The notes under the pieces: generated by a model | Seen by the model: the letters and a program-made list of their open reading frames with translations, nothing else | Told to the model about the DNA's origin: nothing | Databases searched by the model: none | Made by a program: the position numbers and the translations under genes | In this document: one piece after another, positions 49,270 to 50,125 of the stretch | Layout of the letters: every line of letters begins with the position of its first letter | How positions within the stretch are numbered: the stretch's first letter is position 1 | Origin: Chiloscyllium plagiosum | Lineage: Eukaryota | Direction of reading: 5' to 3' | DNA: 50,125 bases | Assembly: GCF_004010195.1 (NCBI RefSeq) | Contig: NC_057719.1 | Span: 57,915,908 to 57,966,032 of the forward strand

Positions 49270-49790
49270 AAGGCTTCCTCATCCTCATGAGTATTATGAA
49301 GTTGAAGGTATGTACTGTACCTTTGAGAGAGAGAATGTTCTTCTGAACTGAGAGCTTGCATAACGTGTGTATATGACTAGATGGCAGTCCCAGAGTGTAC
49401 TGGAAAATTGAAAATATGTAATATTTGGCTGTGAAATGGATACCTGAGTTTTGTTTGCTGTTTTGAAAACAATTTGAATTTAACCAATCAGTTGAAATTA
49501 TACCCCAGGATATTAAAACCCAATCAAGTTTGAATTCATTATTTTGCGAACATCGAACCAATGAGATGATCGGATGTTGGGAGTTATAAAATGCAGATAT
49601 TTTGAGAATTGGTCAGAGAGCAACCGAGTAGAAAGACAAACTAAAGAGCTAATTGTCCATCTAACATCTTGCTCTCCAGGAAATTAGGAAACACTCTCTA
49701 TCAAAGATACCTTTTCATGTGAAACATACTCGCAGTAAAAAGAAAGACAAAGGACCAGGGAAATCACCAATTGGAAGAGAAATGACACAG
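49270..49790 (+). mobile_element. Probable LTR fragment with promoter elements
   Basis: Three CCAAT boxes (about 49484, 49519, 49558) followed by TATAAAA (about 49585); interrupted by a PLE at about 49795. Confidence 0.45.
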
Positions 49791-49794
49791 AAGA

Positions 49795-50125
49795 AAAAAA
49801 ATCACACAACACCAGGTTATAATCCAACAGGTTTAATTGGAAGCACACTAGCTTTCGGAGCGGCGCTCCTTCATCAGGTGATAGTGGAGGGCTCGATCGT
49901 AACACAGAATTTATAGCAAAATTTTACAGTGTGATGTAACTGAAATTATACATTGAAAAATTGAATGTCTGTTAAGCCTTTCATCTGTTAGAATACAGTG
50001 ATAGTTTCACTTCTTTCATGTGTAAATCACAAAACCTTTTTTTTAAAGTTTCATTCTCAGGTTAGCTGTTAACAATGGTGATAGCTAGACAATATGTTGA
50101 AGGTGTTAGCCCCCTGTGTTCTCTG
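49795..50125 (-). mobile_element. Young PLE (family 3) terminus running off the window end
   Basis: aaatcacacaacaccaggttata.tccaacaggtttaattggaagcac..tagctttcggagcggcgctccttcatcaggtg; homologous to 26816-26894 and 18383-18457. Confidence 0.85.
49845..49880 (-). ncRNA. Intact minimal hammerhead ribozyme motif (PLE family 3)
   Basis: CAC-CUGAUGA-a-GGAGC gcc GCUCC-GAAA-g-CUA-GUG: stem I CAC/GUG, 5-bp stem II, AGCU palindrome, CUA triplet. Confidence 0.8.

Noticed and set aside
3730..49880. Strand bias of hammerhead motifs relative to the host gene
   Set aside because: Counting partial and eroded copies, motifs occur on both strands in similar numbers, and the sample is too small.
1053..49916. 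Most ORFs in the supplied track as host genes
   Set aside because: They are short and lack splice context. They mostly translate SINE, CR1 or PLE sequence (for example the recurring MANSP.LHIFGLWEETGAP and ISGAGRAQQFRQHP peptides) or have no recognisable similarity.

Overview
Eukaryotic, AT-rich, repeat-dense genomic DNA. The repeat content (HE1-type tRNA-derived SINEs, CR1/L2 LINEs, Penelope-like elements) points to a cartilaginous fish, probably a shark; this is an inference. I can support only one host coding feature: a 49-nt minus-strand internal exon at 9199-9247 encoding (G)LVEICLMHPLDVVKT(R), which matches exon 2 of the mitochondrial 2-oxodicarboxylate carrier slc25a21. The rest of the window is therefore most likely large-intron sequence (intron 1 above 9247, intron 2 below 9199) in the pax9/nkx2-1 neighbourhood. 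The supplied short ORFs are mostly transposon fragments or noise. The most interesting signal is a dense set of Penelope-like element (PLE) remnants from several families carrying minimal hammerhead ribozyme motifs (CUGANGA-stem II-GAAA-palindrome-NUH). Many are 90-230 bp mini-insertions with 11-15 bp target-site duplications (TSDs), 5'-truncated or inverted at the ribozyme. One breaks exactly at the predicted self-cleavage site. Several TE-poor islands are candidate conserved enhancers. Boundaries of old repeats are approximate and were read by eye; no searches were run.
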